From assembly GCA_963663805.2 (NCBI GenBank), contig CAXXMR010000003.1, positions 32,001 to 96,000 on the forward strand: a DNA stretch of 64,000 nt, given 5' to 3'. The notes under the pieces are model-generated. The model ran no database searches. It worked only from the letters and a program-made list of their open reading frames with translations, and was not told the origin of the DNA. Positions 38,796 to 49,198 of the stretch are shown in pieces. Origin of the DNA: Sedimentisphaerales bacterium. GTDB lineage: Bacteria > Planctomycetota > Phycisphaerae > Sedimentisphaerales > SM23-30. A program made the translations under genes and the position numbers. The stretch's first letter is position 1, and the number at the start of each line of letters is the position of its first letter.

Positions 38796-41006
38796 ATGTC
38801 TGAAGCGAATAACGGTAATATGTTTCTGCTGCCTGATGTGATGGAGATTGACGAGCGGGCGCTGCCGGCGGCACGTCGTGATGTTGAAATTACCGAGCAG
38901 GTATATGACGGCAAGACTTGTTATGTGCTGAAAGACCCGGCGACGATGCGCTATTATCGTTTGCGTCCGCCGGAATATACGATTTACCAGATGCTGGACG
39001 GCAAGGTCAATATGGAAGACCTGGAGCGGGCGCTGGCCCATCAGTTTCCGGATGAGGAATATGATGTTCAGGTGATAATGAGTTTTATTATCATGCTGCG
39101 GGGCGCGAATCTGCTACATGTGCCGGGTTCGACGGATACGGATTATCTGCTGGGTCGGAAGAAGACCATGGAGCGGAGCTGGTTTCAGAAGATTCGGCAG
39201 GAGTTTTTGTTTTTCCGTATTCCGGTTATGGACCCGGATGGGCTGCTTAACCGGATGCATGATAAGCTGGGCGGGATAATCTTTAGCAGAGGAATGCGGA
39301 TATTTTCGATATTGATGATGCTGGGGGCGTTCGTACTGCTGTTTCAGAATATTGACAAGCTGGATGACCGCCAGCCGCTTTTGAGCTGGATAAACATGAT
39401 TTATCTGGCGGCGGCAATGCTGCTGATTAAGCCGATTCACGAGTTTGGTCATGGTCTGACGGCCAAGCATTTCGGCAATGAAGTGCATGAGATGGGGATT
39501 TTGTTCCTGGTGTTCAATCCGTGTTTCTATTGCGATGTTTCGGGATGCGTGGATGATACCGGATAAGAGCAAGCGGATGTGGATTACCGGGGCGGGGATC
39601 GCGGTAGAGATATTTATCGCGGGGCTTTCTACTTATGTCTGGGCTTTGACGGCGCCGGGTACGGTTATCAATCAGTTCGCGCTTAATCTGATGATCGTTT
39701 CGAGTTTGAATACGATTATGTTCAACGGCAATCCCGCTGCTGAGATATGATGGATATTATTTCCTGATGGACCTGATGGAGATACCAAATTTGAAGCAGA
39801 AGGGTACGGGGTATCTGTGGTATCTGCTGCAGAAGCATGTACTGGGTTTGAAGAACGCTCGTGAGCCGATTGATGTTAAGGGGCGTGAGGTGGGTCTTTT
39901 GGGCTATGCGATATGCAGTGCGATATATCGCTGGTTCATTATGTTTGCGATTGTGTTGATGGTGTGGAAGTTTCTGGACCCTTACGGTTGGGGCGTTTTG
40001 GGCGGGGTTATGACGCTGGGGTGCATTTATACTTCGTTTATTACGCCGGTGGTAAAGTTTTTTAAGTTTATCACTACGAACAAGCACGGTATTCATATCA
40101 AGCTGGCGACGGCGGCGGTGCTGGTGCTGCTTATCGGCGGGGTAGCTTATGGGGTGCTGGCTTATGATGTAGAGCAGACGGTTGATGGTCAGTGTGTGAT
40201 TCGTTCGGCGGGTAAGCATGTGTTGTATGTGACGCAGCCGGGCTTTTTGCGGTCTGACGAGCAGGGGGCTTTTGTGCGGGACGGCGAGCCGGTGCGGGCG
40301 GGGCAGGTGCTGGTGGAATTGCAGGATCCGATTCTGGAACAGAAGGTCAGCGATATTGAACTGGAGATTGAGCAGCATCTGGTGGCGCGGGAACATGCCA
40401 ATCAGATGCGTAGCGGCGAGGATGTGGCGAAATTGCAGGCGAAGATAAAGGGTTTGCAGATGCAGGCTCAGACGGCACGGGAGCAGTTGGCACGGCTGAC
40501 GATTAAATCGCCGGTGGATGGGGTGGTGCAGCTTCTCACGTCGGAGCCGCTGAAGAATCTGGAAGGTTCCTATCTGCCGCTGCGGGACGGCTTTGCTGGC
40601 GGTTTATCCGGCGGGCGAGTTTGAGGCGGTGGTGGCGATTGACCATCGGGACCAGGGGCGGCTGGCGGCGAATCAGCCGGCCCGGATTAAGCTCTGGGCT
40701 TATGACGCCGAGACGGTGGACACGACCGTGAAGGAAAAGCCGACCCAGCCGGTGCGGAAGATGTCGAGTGCGGCGTTTTCGACGGTGTTCAAGGGCGAGG
40801 TCAATACGCTGCCGACGGCTAACCCGGAAGATTCACTCGTGCCGGCCCAGACGACCTATGAACTGGTTCTGCCGCTGCCGGACGACCAGGCGGAATTAAG
40901 GGACGGCATGGTGGGCAGGGCAAGCGTGGTGGTCGAGCAAAGCACGCTGGGCAAGGCGTTCTATCGCTGGCTGCTGCGGACGCTGCGGCAGGATATTCGA
41001 CTTTAG
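38796..41006 (+). CDS. PqqD-like / M50 (site-2) metallopeptidase / HlyD fusion protein; three apparent +1 frameshifts (~39543, ~39734, ~40584)
   Basis: HEFGH; CDVSDAW and NGNPLLRYDGYY restored by deleting single bases; IKSPVDG adaptor motif. Confidence 0.8.
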
Positions 41007-41047
41007 TCAAATCGGCAACGGCAATGGATTTTTTTAACCGCGGATGA

Positions 41048-41069
41048 AGCTGATTATTACAAATCAGCT
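41048..41069. terminator. Hairpin between convergent genes
   Basis: agctgatt...aatcagct. Confidence 0.4.
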
Positions 41070-41070
41070 G

Positions 41071-43010
41071 TTAGACCTTGAATTTTCCGACCAGGGCATT
41101 TAGTGTTTCGCCGAGTTTGGAGAGATTCTTCGGCCGCGGCGAGGGTCTGGGTTGCTCCCTGGGAGGTATGGTTGGCGATTTGGCTGACGTCGGCGATGTT
41201 GCGGGTTATTTCCTGGCCGGCAGCGGCGGTTTCGTTGACACCCTGGGCGACGGTTTCGGATGCTTGAGCGGTCAGGGTGACGTTCTGTGATATTTCGCGG
41301 GCTGTACTGCTTTGCTCCTCAACTGCGGCGGCGATGGATTTGGATAATTCGTTGACGTTTTGAATGACCTGGCTGATTTTGCCGATGGCTTCTACTGATT
41401 CCAGCGAGGTGTCCTGTATGGCGTTGATTCTTTTGCTGATGTCATTCGGTTGCCTGAGCAGTCTGCCGGGCAAGCTCCTTGACCTCGCTGGCGACTACGG
41501 CAAAACCTTTGCCAGCGTCACCGGCACGGGCCGCTTCAATGGTAGCGTTGAGAGCCAGAAGGTTGGTTTGCTCAGCGATATCCTGAATAACTTCGATGAC
41601 TCTGCCGATTTCGTCCGCAGCCGTGCCGAGCAGTCCCATTTTACTGTTGCTGTCCTGAGTGAGCTTGGAGGCCTGCGAAGCGACTTGAGCGGATTGTTCG
41701 GCATTACGGGCGATTTCATTGATGCTGGTGGTCATTTCTTCGACCGCGGCAGCCAGCGTTCTGATATTGCCTGACATCTCCTGGCCTGAACCAGCCATAT
41801 TGTTCATGTTGACGGACATTTCCTCGGCGGCGGCGGCAACGGTGTTTGATTTTATGTTCATTTCATCGATGTCGCTGGTCATATTATTAGAGGTTTGGGT
41901 CATTTCGGTGGCGGATTCAGCAACTACGTTGGCATTCAGAGCAATTTGTTTTAACTATGCCCTGGATTTTTTCGACGAAGAGATTAAACCAACGGGCCAG
42001 TTCGCCCAGTTCATCTTTGGTGCTTACGGTGAGTCTGCGAGTAAGGTCTCCTTCGCCTTCGGAGATGTCACGCAGCATATCCACGGTTCTGGCGATAATG
42101 CCGGAAACCGCACGGGCGATGGCACCGGTAAGGCCGCTGATGATTATGAAAACTATCAGAAGTATGCCGCCGATCTGCAGGTAGGAGTTTTTAACGACGT
42201 GGGCCGTGTTTATCTGAGAATCGAGATTTTCTTTTTCCAGTTGGTTTAATTGGGAGGCAATGGCCTGTTCGATATTGCTCTGAGCGTTGTCCTTTTTCTC
42301 AAGATTGGAACTAAACTGAAAAACCAGCTTTTTTGTGGTTTGGTTGGCTTCAATAGCTTTGACTGGTAACTGATAAAACGGGGTCCCCTCAAGGTTCTTT
42401 TTGTCCTCTTCTGCGTTGGCTATGGTCTTGTCGAGAAATTCTATCAGTTGCCCCTTGGTATTATGGTTGATAATCATCTGGTAGAACATGTTTTTTACCG
42501 TGAGATTACCGTTGGTATTGAGATTGGCTCCGATAATGACCATTTTTTCGAGGTCGGTAACGCTGTCTTTCTGTTCGGGATTGAGGAGTTTCTTGGTTAC
42601 CTGTTCGATATAGTTATTGGACTGTTCGGCGGAATAGTCGGTAAGTTCGATGATTTGTTTGTCGATTTGTTGATTGTCAAATTTGGCCTGTTGTATTTGC
42701 TTATGCCAGTCTTTAAGAGATTGTACTATTGCCGTCTCCTGCTTCTTTTTAGACGAAAACGCCTTTTCAAGGTCCGAAATCGCATTAAGGAACGATTCTG
42801 AATCCTGGTCTGTTGAACCGGGGTTGTGGAAGTACTCAGAAGAAAGCAGGCCAACCTTTCGGAACAATACCTATCTGTTCGTCAATTCTGGCAGAGTTTT
42901 CGAGGCTTTGCTGGGAGACCCCTGCTGCTGTTGATTATCAGGACGATAATGGGTATCAGGGCGATAAACTGGATGAGTATGGGCAATAAGAGTTTGGTTC
43001 TGAGTTTCAT
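41071..43010 (-). CDS. Methyl-accepting chemotaxis protein; five apparent +1 frameshifts
   Basis: Start [10 protein letters not shown] at 43010; HAMP GDLTRRL...[37 protein letters not shown]; ends LVGKFKV. Confidence 0.85.
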
Positions 43011-43086
43011 TTGGTCGCTCCGTTTAGCGGTTCACTTTTATAAATCAGACAATCTTGTTCTATTCTGGTCTCTTCTGCTTTTGATT

Positions 43087-43114
43087 TGTTCGGCTAATTA
43101 TGAGTTTGACTTTA
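43087..43114 (-). promoter_or_regulatory. Sigma28 (FliA)-like promoter of the MCP gene
   Basis: TAAA-16 nt-GCCGAACA versus consensus TAAA-N15/16-GCCGATAA. Confidence 0.55.
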
Positions 43115-43347
43115 TTGTTGAGTTCGGGGAAATATCAGAGGTATAATATGTGTGGTAATGGTAACCCTACTGCAAGGAATTAGCCAAAATACCACTATTG
43201 AAGTTCAGATTAAAATAGATATTTTGAAAGGCTGGATTAGAGGGGGGATTGAGAAATTGGTTTAGGGGTCAAAATAAGACAGTAATTAAACAGCTCTAAA
43301 GGCGTTTTAAGCGGCTTTTTTTGAAACAGAAAAACCTTAATAAATTT

Positions 43348-43370
43348 TGTAGGCAGTAGTGTAGACAGTA
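43348..43370. repeat. Tandem direct repeat TGTAG(G/A)CAGTA near tRNA-Leu 3' end
   Basis: tgtaggcagta 43348-43358, tgtagacagta 43360-43370. Confidence 0.5.
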
Positions 43371-43414
43371 CCAAAATCTACCACTGTAACCCATTGATAA
43401 TAAAGAGCTTAAAG

Positions 43415-43500
43415 TGCCGAAGGTGGGAATCGAACCCACACTCCCAGTAAAGGGAACGGGATTTTGAATCCCGCGCGTCTGCCAGTTCCGCCACTTCGGC
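43415..43500 (-). tRNA. tRNA-Leu(CAA)
   Basis: GCCGAAG/CTTCGGC acceptor stem, anticodon arm CGGGA-TTCAAAA-TCCCG, long variable arm, GGTTCGATTCC; CCA not encoded; upstream TTGACT-17-TAGTAT at 43619-43647. Confidence 0.95.
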
Positions 43501-43696
43501 AAGTGGTGATTTTGCAATAGGTTATGTTATTTTGACGGTCAGCTTTTTCGGGGCTGCTGCGCGTACCTAACATAAATTTTGCATACTAACAGTGTGCTGC
43601 CAAACTGTCAGGTCCGGTATACTAGCCGAGAAGCCTGGCAAAGTCAACGCTCTGATATTAAAAAATTACCTCGTTGCCCCCTTGGGTTTGGATGAC

Positions 43697-43730
43697 AAAA
43701 AAAGAGGAAGGTTTTTAAGCCTTCCTCTTT
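43697..43730 (-). terminator. Intrinsic terminator after PEP-CTERM gene
   Basis: aaagaggaagg/ccttcctcttt stem with A-run. Confidence 0.8.
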
Positions 43731-43760
43731 CAGAGATACTATTAACAGTAAAATTCAAAA

Positions 43761-44345
43761 CTATTTGCGACGACGCAAACGCCCTGCTGCCGCTGCCCCC
43801 CCAAACATCATCAATATCGAACATGGTTCAGGGACGCAATACGTGCCGATTTCCACACTTGAGACACCCATATAGTATGGTAGCTCCTCACCTGAGGTTT
43901 GCCCAAGATGCCAATAACCTGTATCAGGAAAAACCATGGTTTCACTTTCCGGTTGAGGATTAATCGTCCAGTGCCACGTCCAGCCCAAGCCATCAGCATT
44001 TAGGACAGGAACAAGCGGAATTATCTCTCCTCCTCCCGGTGCCGAGATAGTCACCGCCGGAGCCTGGCTGGGGAGATTATACATGCTAATCCAGTCAACC
44101 TCCAGCCATACATGCTTGATCAGGTCCGCAGCCTGATTGTCAACTACCAGGGTTTTGTGGTCCGCGTTCCAAACAGGCTCATCAAACGAATATCTGTTTT
44201 TTGAAATATCCCAGCTACCCGCACCTGCTTGTCCGCTCCATGTCGCGTGAAAATCAACATAATCTGGAATGTCCGCCAACACCAGACCTGCGGAAACGGA
44301 CAGACCAAAGAACACAACAAAACACAACGCTGTTACCTTTTTCAT
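43761..44345 (-). CDS. PEP-CTERM surface protein
   Basis: Signal peptide MKKVTAL; VPEPCSILMMFGGAAAAGRLRRRK. Confidence 0.85.
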   Translation of the reverse strand: MKKVTALCFVVFFGLSVSAGLVLADIPDYVDFHATWSGQAGAGSWDISKNRYSFDEPVWNADHKTLVVDNQAADLIKHVWLEVDWISMYNLPSQAPAVTISAPGGGEIIPLVPVLNADGLGWTWHWTINPQPESETMVFPDTGYWHLGQTSGEELPYYMGVSSVEIGTYCVPEPCSILMMFGGAAAAGRLRRRK

Positions 44346-44854
44346 GACATTTCCCTTCTTTAAATAATTGGCTTTAGTACACAAGCGTCACTTCACACAG
44401 GGGTCAAGCGACACAACTTTCAGAAAATACCCAAAACACGTCTTTCTTCGCAATAGAACCCGCACCTTCGGCCAAGTGTACAATCACCCCACGGCAGGGC
44501 CAACGCCGACGCAGAACCCTTGTTCGTGTTTACGCGAAAAACATAAAAAGAAAGAACCGCAAAAACGCCCGCCAACCAAAGATATTGGCGGCTGGCGGCA
44601 CCAGAAGTTTATTACTTGTCAAACTCGACTCGGTAGGTATAACACATAATAGGCTATTTGTCCAATGTGAACATAATTTCTACCATCGGAAACAAAAATT
44701 TAACCGTTCAGAGCTACTCGCAAATATCCATCTACAACTGTTATGGGTACGATCCAGCCGCTGGCAGTACCTCTATAAACAAAACCAAAAACACCCCACA
44801 GATAAGTTTCCATCTTTTTATTTTTTCTGAAAAATTTGTTTAGGTTAACCCAAT

Positions 44855-45595
44855 TTATAATCCCCGCCTTTTACGCATCCAGCCAACCAGGCCCATCCCT
44901 AATCCGCCCAGAAGAATCGCGCCGGGGGCGGGAACGATATATGGAGTATTGCTGGGAACTCTTACGAGCATGTCTTGTATGGCTTCTCCGGTATTCATAT
45001 CCCAGAGGTTTACTACCGCGATTTTGCTATTGGTCCAGCCTTCCTGGGAGACTTTGTAATGTGCTTGCAGTACCAGATCCGCAGCACCTTCTGTTAAGCC
45101 ATCGTTCATGATCACGGATTTATCAGCTAAAGATGGAGTTGCCACAATCTCGGCCTCCAGATACCAGATAGCTAACTGATAATCCCGAGCCAGATAGTCA
45201 TCATCATTCCCGCTGCCGTCAATTCCATAATTATCAAGATAATCCAAATAGACCCAGGCTGTTTCATGACTGAGCGGGTCTTTGCCGTTTGTATGGCCGT
45301 AGATACCGCCTTCCTGAGCGAACACGCTCAGTTCGGCATCATATTCTCCGTTTAAATCGACCTGCTCGTCCGCTTCGATACAAAAAGTTATAAATTCGTC
45401 GTTTTCGCCGATGTCGAGTACGCCGTCGGCAAACCCATAGGCGGTGAAAAGCATTTCCCCGGCACGAGCACCCTGAGTAAAACCGATGTAGACTCTGTAA
45501 TCCTGCATTCCGTTGAAAACGACCGTCGGAGTTGCCCATGCCGAAACCGCCATTAACAACGAAATAACTACTGCAAAGCTTATTCTAACCTTCAT
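44855..45595 (-). CDS. PEP-CTERM-like (VPAPGA variant) surface protein
   Basis: Signal peptide; FITFCIE...QLAIW; VPAPGAILLGGLGMGLVGWMRKRR. Confidence 0.85.
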   Translation of the reverse strand: MKVRISFAVVISLLMAVSAWATPTVVFNGMQDYRVYIGFTQGARAGEMLFTAYGFADGVLDIGENDEFITFCIEADEQVDLNGEYDAELSVFAQEGGIYGHTNGKDPLSHETAWVYLDYLDNYGIDGSGNDDDYLARDYQLAIWYLEAEIVATPSLADKSVIMNDGLTEGAADLVLQAHYKVSQEGWTNSKIAVVNLWDMNTGEAIQDMLVRVPSNTPYIVPAPGAILLGGLGMGLVGWMRKRRGL

Positions 45596-45996
45596 TTTGT
45601 TTCTCCTTGGCGTTTATAACTCAAAAAAACCGCTAAGCTCATAACAACCGGTTAGACCGACAGAAAATCCTTACGCAATGCTTCGGATAAAACCTTGCAT
45701 GCAGGACATGAGTAGGGAAACAGAGAAACAATGACTCAACGAAATGTCACTATTCGCCCGCCAGAAAACGAGTTATCTCCTGTCCTGTTTTCCTGCGATC
45801 CAAACTATACATACACAGCCCGCAATGAAACGAAATTAAAAAATTCCACTTCAGGCTCAATACAACTTTACGACAAAACCCAAAAAGATTCGTAAATCAC
45901 TGTCGGCCAAAGACTCCGACAGATAGTGGCCTCACTCAAGTACCTCTATGCTGCCACACTTTACAAGCAGAGTATAGCACACAATTGGAGAACTGT

Positions 45997-46449
45997 CTAT
46001 TCTCTATTTGTTTTTTTATTAAAAAATTCTGAATTATGACAATCAGGACACAGGCCGTGCAATTCAATCTTCTGCCGTTCAACCACATAACCTGGTTGCA
46101 GCCCCTCAACAACCGGAACTCTGACATCTTTGAGGCATTGAGTATGGCCGCATTTTTTGCACGTAAAGTGCGGATGACAGCTCACTTTACCGCAATTACA
46201 AGCCAGCTCATAATACCAGGTTCTTTCGCGAAAATACGCCTTATGCACCAGTCCTGCCTCGACAAATGATTCTAAGGCACGATAGATTGTCGTTTTGTTC
46301 AAATCGGTATCGCTAAGTTCCGTACCGAGTTGTTCCTGAGTCAGCGGTTCCTGGGCGGTAATCAGTGTTTCCAGCAAAGCCATCCGTCCCGCTGTGCAGC
46401 GCAACGATGCCCCACGCAGCATTTTATAAATAGCCTGCCGGTCAGTCAT
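45997..46449 (-). CDS. Fur-family transcriptional regulator (Zur-like)
   Basis: TTIYRALESFVEAGLV; HPHFTCKKCG; HGLCPDC. Confidence 0.9.
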   Translation of the reverse strand: MTDRQAIYKMLRGASLRCTAGRMALLETLITAQEPLTQEQLGTELSDTDLNKTTIYRALESFVEAGLVHKAYFRERTWYYELACNCGKVSCHPHFTCKKCGHTQCLKDVRVPVVEGLQPGYVVERQKIELHGLCPDCHNSEFFNKKTNRE

Positions 46450-47305
46450 CGCCCTGGTCGCTCTCTTGGTGGTTGTGGCTATGGTCGCGATGTGAACATG
46501 TTTTCATGTCGCCGCTGATAAACAAAGATGGAAATACAATATCACTCAGGCAGCAGGGCAGCAGAACCGCTAGAAACAGCACCGCCACCAGGCCTATCGC
46601 CTGGGCAATATCGAGCTGACCGCCGCTGTTCATCATCATGTGTGCTGAGGATGCCCAGGTACTAACCAGTATGTGGAGAGCGTGGGGCATTTCCGTGCGG
46701 GGCCAGTAATAACCTATCAGGATTCCCAGTAAGGCCGCGGGATTGACCAGGTACCAGTGTTCGATAAATCCCAAATGCAATGCCGGGCTGCCATCGCCGT
46801 GACTGGGGCCGGAAGGCTCAGTACAACTGCAACCATCGTGATTATCAACTATGGCCCGCTCAGGTTCACCGTGTCCCCTTTCATCCGTGGTATGCCCGAC
46901 AGTCTCGGACTCCTTATGTCCGTCGCCCAAATGACCATCATGATCCCCGTGAGCGGCATGGTATACCTCAAAATGGGCCGGAATATGCAGATGGAGCATT
47001 CTTTCGCCTGCGTAGGGTATCACGCAATCACTCAAGGTTGCGATACCTATCGAACCGATGTAGCCTATCAGCAGTACCTTAACAAACCCGGCGTCGCGAC
47101 GGTGCATCCTAAAAAGGGCCGCGGTAACCATGGCGCTGAGTATTACATGGGCAGGATGAAAAATCCCGAAAAGCACTCCCGAACCTTCCGTGCTGATATT
47201 TCGGAAAGCCAACATGAACACCACCCCCAAAACCGCTCCCAGCATGGTAAACGGGGCGTGATGTTTTAATTCATGGTAAACATGGCCAAGTTTGTCTTTC
47301 AGCAT
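46442..47305 (-). CDS. His-rich integral membrane protein (putative metal transporter)
   Basis: Multiple TMs; HHAPFT, FHPAH, PHALH, PCCLSD; His-rich loop and tail; overlaps Fur-family gene start. Confidence 0.7.
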   Translation of the reverse strand: MLKDKLGHVYHELKHHAPFTMLGAVLGVVFMLAFRNISTEGSGVLFGIFHPAHVILSAMVTAALFRMHRRDAGFVKVLLIGYIGSIGIATLSDCVIPYAGERMLHLHIPAHFEVYHAAHGDHDGHLGDGHKESETVGHTTDERGHGEPERAIVDNHDGCSCTEPSGPSHGDGSPALHLGFIEHWYLVNPAALLGILIGYYWPRTEMPHALHILVSTWASSAHMMMNSGGQLDIAQAIGLVAVLFLAVLLPCCLSDIVFPSLFISGDMKTCSHRDHSHNHQESDQGDD

Positions 47306-47349
47306 ATACATATCCTTAAAAATAACAACTCCAAGAAATGATATACTAA

Positions 47350-47366
47350 ACGCAACTCAGTTGCAA
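47350..47366. promoter_or_regulatory. Zur-like operator
   Basis: Palindrome GCAACTcAGTTGC, resembling the ATGCAACnnnGTTGCAT Zur box described for deltaproteobacteria, upstream of the membrane-protein/Fur operon. Confidence 0.6.
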
Positions 47367-47460
47367 ATAAAATATATTTTCCAGATTCAGGATTCAGGTG
47401 GCAGCTCCTTGCTTTGCAAAATGGGCCTGGTTGTGGTCGTGTGTGTGTGGGATGCTTTGC

Positions 47461-47489
47461 TTGACCGTTGGTGGGGGGCGGTTTAGAAT
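47461..47489 (+). promoter_or_regulatory. Sigma70 promoter, probably leaderless transcript
   Basis: TTGACC-17 nt-TAGAAT, ATG 6 nt later. Confidence 0.6.
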
Positions 47490-47495
47490 GGGGTT

Positions 47496-48095
47496 ATGAA
47501 AAACGTTGACGCTGTAATATTTGATTTGGATGGTACTCTTACTGAGCCTTATCTTGATTTTGACGCTATTCGGGCGGAGATAGGGGGTATCGAGGGGCCT
47601 TTGCTGGAGGCGATGGAGAGGATGGGGCAGGCCGAACGTCAGCGGTGCTGGGATATTTTACATCGTTATGAGCTCGATGCAGCCGAAAATTCAAAGTTGA
47701 ACCCGGGTGCCAAGGAACTGCTGGAGTGGCTTTCCGGTCACGGTTTGAAAGTTGGGTTGGCTACTCGCAATCGGCTGGACAGTGTGGAGCGGATATGCAA
47801 GATTCATGGGATACGGTTTGATAGTGTGGTAACGCGGGATGACGGGCCGGTCAAACCGGATGCGTTTCCTTTTGTGCGGGCCTGCGTGATGGCTGACGCT
47901 GAGCCGGGTCGGTCGGTTATGGTGGGTGATTTCCTTTTTGATTTGCAGAGCGGCAAAGCCGGCGGGGGGGTGTCGGTGCTGATTGCCACGAATGAGGAAT
48001 ATCGTGATTTTGTCCATGAGGCTGATTATGTGATTCATCGGCTGGATGAGCTGATAGAGGTAATCGAGAAACTTGAAGGGAATGGAAAGATATGA
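47496..48095 (+). CDS. HAD-superfamily hydrolase (phosphoglycolate phosphatase-like)
   Basis: FDLDGTL, ATRN, VKPD, MVGDFLFD. Confidence 0.9.
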   Translation: MKNVDAVIFDLDGTLTEPYLDFDAIRAEIGGIEGPLLEAMERMGQAERQRCWDILHRYELDAAENSKLNPGAKELLEWLSGHGLKVGLATRNRLDSVERICKIHGIRFDSVVTRDDGPVKPDAFPFVRACVMADAEPGRSVMVGDFLFDLQSGKAGGGVSVLIATNEEYRDFVHEADYVIHRLDELIEVIEKLEGNGKI

Positions 48096-48922
48096 ATGTT
48101 AAGGGTTTGAGATGGCTGGCGGTGGTGGTCTGGGTTTGGGCTGGCTTGACACATGGTGCCTGCGAGAATGCGGCAGTGCCTGGGGAAGAGGCCGCTGATG
48201 ATGGGGCTGGCAGGAAAGTTGATGAGCAAGCAGTGGAGTTACTGGAGAGAATCGAAAAACGGGCGGGCGAGATTACGAGCTTTGAGGCGGCAATGCGGTA
48301 TGAACTGCGGCAGTTGCTGATGGATGTTGTTAAGGTTCATAATGGGCGGATTTATTATCTGGTTAAGGATAATGTGGTTAGTTTTCGGATTCATTTCGGT
48401 GACTGGCTGGAGTGGGATATCGGTGATGACCCGCCGGCGCAGGCTCGGCCTTATGATGAGGATTACGCTTTTGACGGCAGGTGGCTGACGCGGCGGAATG
48501 GGAAATTTAAGACCTTGCAGAGGCAGGAGATTGCCCGGAAGGCTAAAGGGCCAGATGATTTTCGGCTGGGGCAGGGTCCTTTTCCGCTGCCATTTGCGAT
48601 TCGGAAGTGGGATGTGCTGAGTCAGTTTGAGGTGGTTTGGCAGGCGGACAAGAATGAGGACCGGGAGATGCTTTCGCTGGTTCCGCATGAGGGAGGGGTG
48701 TTTTTTGAGCAGTATGAGCGGGTTGAGCTTTGGTTTCGGCGGGCGGATGCGGTGCCGGTGCGGATTCGTACGGTTTCGCGGGACCATGAGGTTACGATTG
48801 TAACTTGGTCTGATATAAATATTAACGGTGATATTGGGGAGGACATCTTTAGGCTGAGCCCAACCGGGGAGGGTTGGACGGTTGAGGAGACACCTTTAGG
48901 GGACGAAAAGGGTGAGGAATAG
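48092..48922 (+). CDS. LolA-like periplasmic protein
   Basis: Signal peptide; ITSFEAAM, AFDGRWL, INGDIGEDIFRL pattern of LolA-fold proteins. Confidence 0.55.
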   Translation: MNVKGLRWLAVVVWVWAGLTHGACENAAVPGEEAADDGAGRKVDEQAVELLERIEKRAGEITSFEAAMRYELRQLLMDVVKVHNGRIYYLVKDNVVSFRIHFGDWLEWDIGDDPPAQARPYDEDYAFDGRWLTRRNGKFKTLQRQEIARKAKGPDDFRLGQGPFPLPFAIRKWDVLSQFEVVWQADKNEDREMLSLVPHEGGVFFEQYERVELWFRRADAVPVRIRTVSRDHEVTIVTWSDININGDIGEDIFRLSPTGEGWTVEETPLGDEKGEE

Positions 48923-49057
48923 ATTTTTTTGTTTTTTTAGATTTTTTGCTTGTCTTTTTTGGGCAGTTGGATAATATTCCTTGTCTTGCGGGTTATGTCC
49001 GCTGCGAATGGTAACTTTAGGCTGGTTCTTGAGTTGCCGACAATTAAATAGAAGCAA

Positions 49058-49131
49058 GGGGCCGTAGCTCAATTGGTCAGAGTATCGGACTGTCGATCCG
49101 AGGGTTGCGGGTTCGAGTCCCGTCGGCCTCG
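49058..49131 (+). tRNA. tRNA-Asp(GTC)
   Basis: GGGGCCG/CGGCCTC acceptor stem, TCGGA-CTGTCGA-TCCGA anticodon arm, GGTTCGAGTCC. Confidence 0.95.
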
Positions 49132-49198
49132 CTTGAAAAAACCTCGCTTTTGGGTGAAAAACAAAGATTTTCGCTCGGAAACGGGGTTTTTTCGTTTA

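Noticed and set aside
41071..43010. MCP, M50, GH5-like and BNR_4 genes as true pseudogenes or programmed frameshifts
   Set aside because: Uniform +1 homopolymer insertions with no nonsense mutations and no common slippery motif point to sequencing error.
49069..49198. Integrase ORF extending antisense through tRNA-Asp
   Set aside because: Tail (RGRRDSNPQPSD) is the usual antisense-tRNA translation, probably read-through after a frameshift near 49340.
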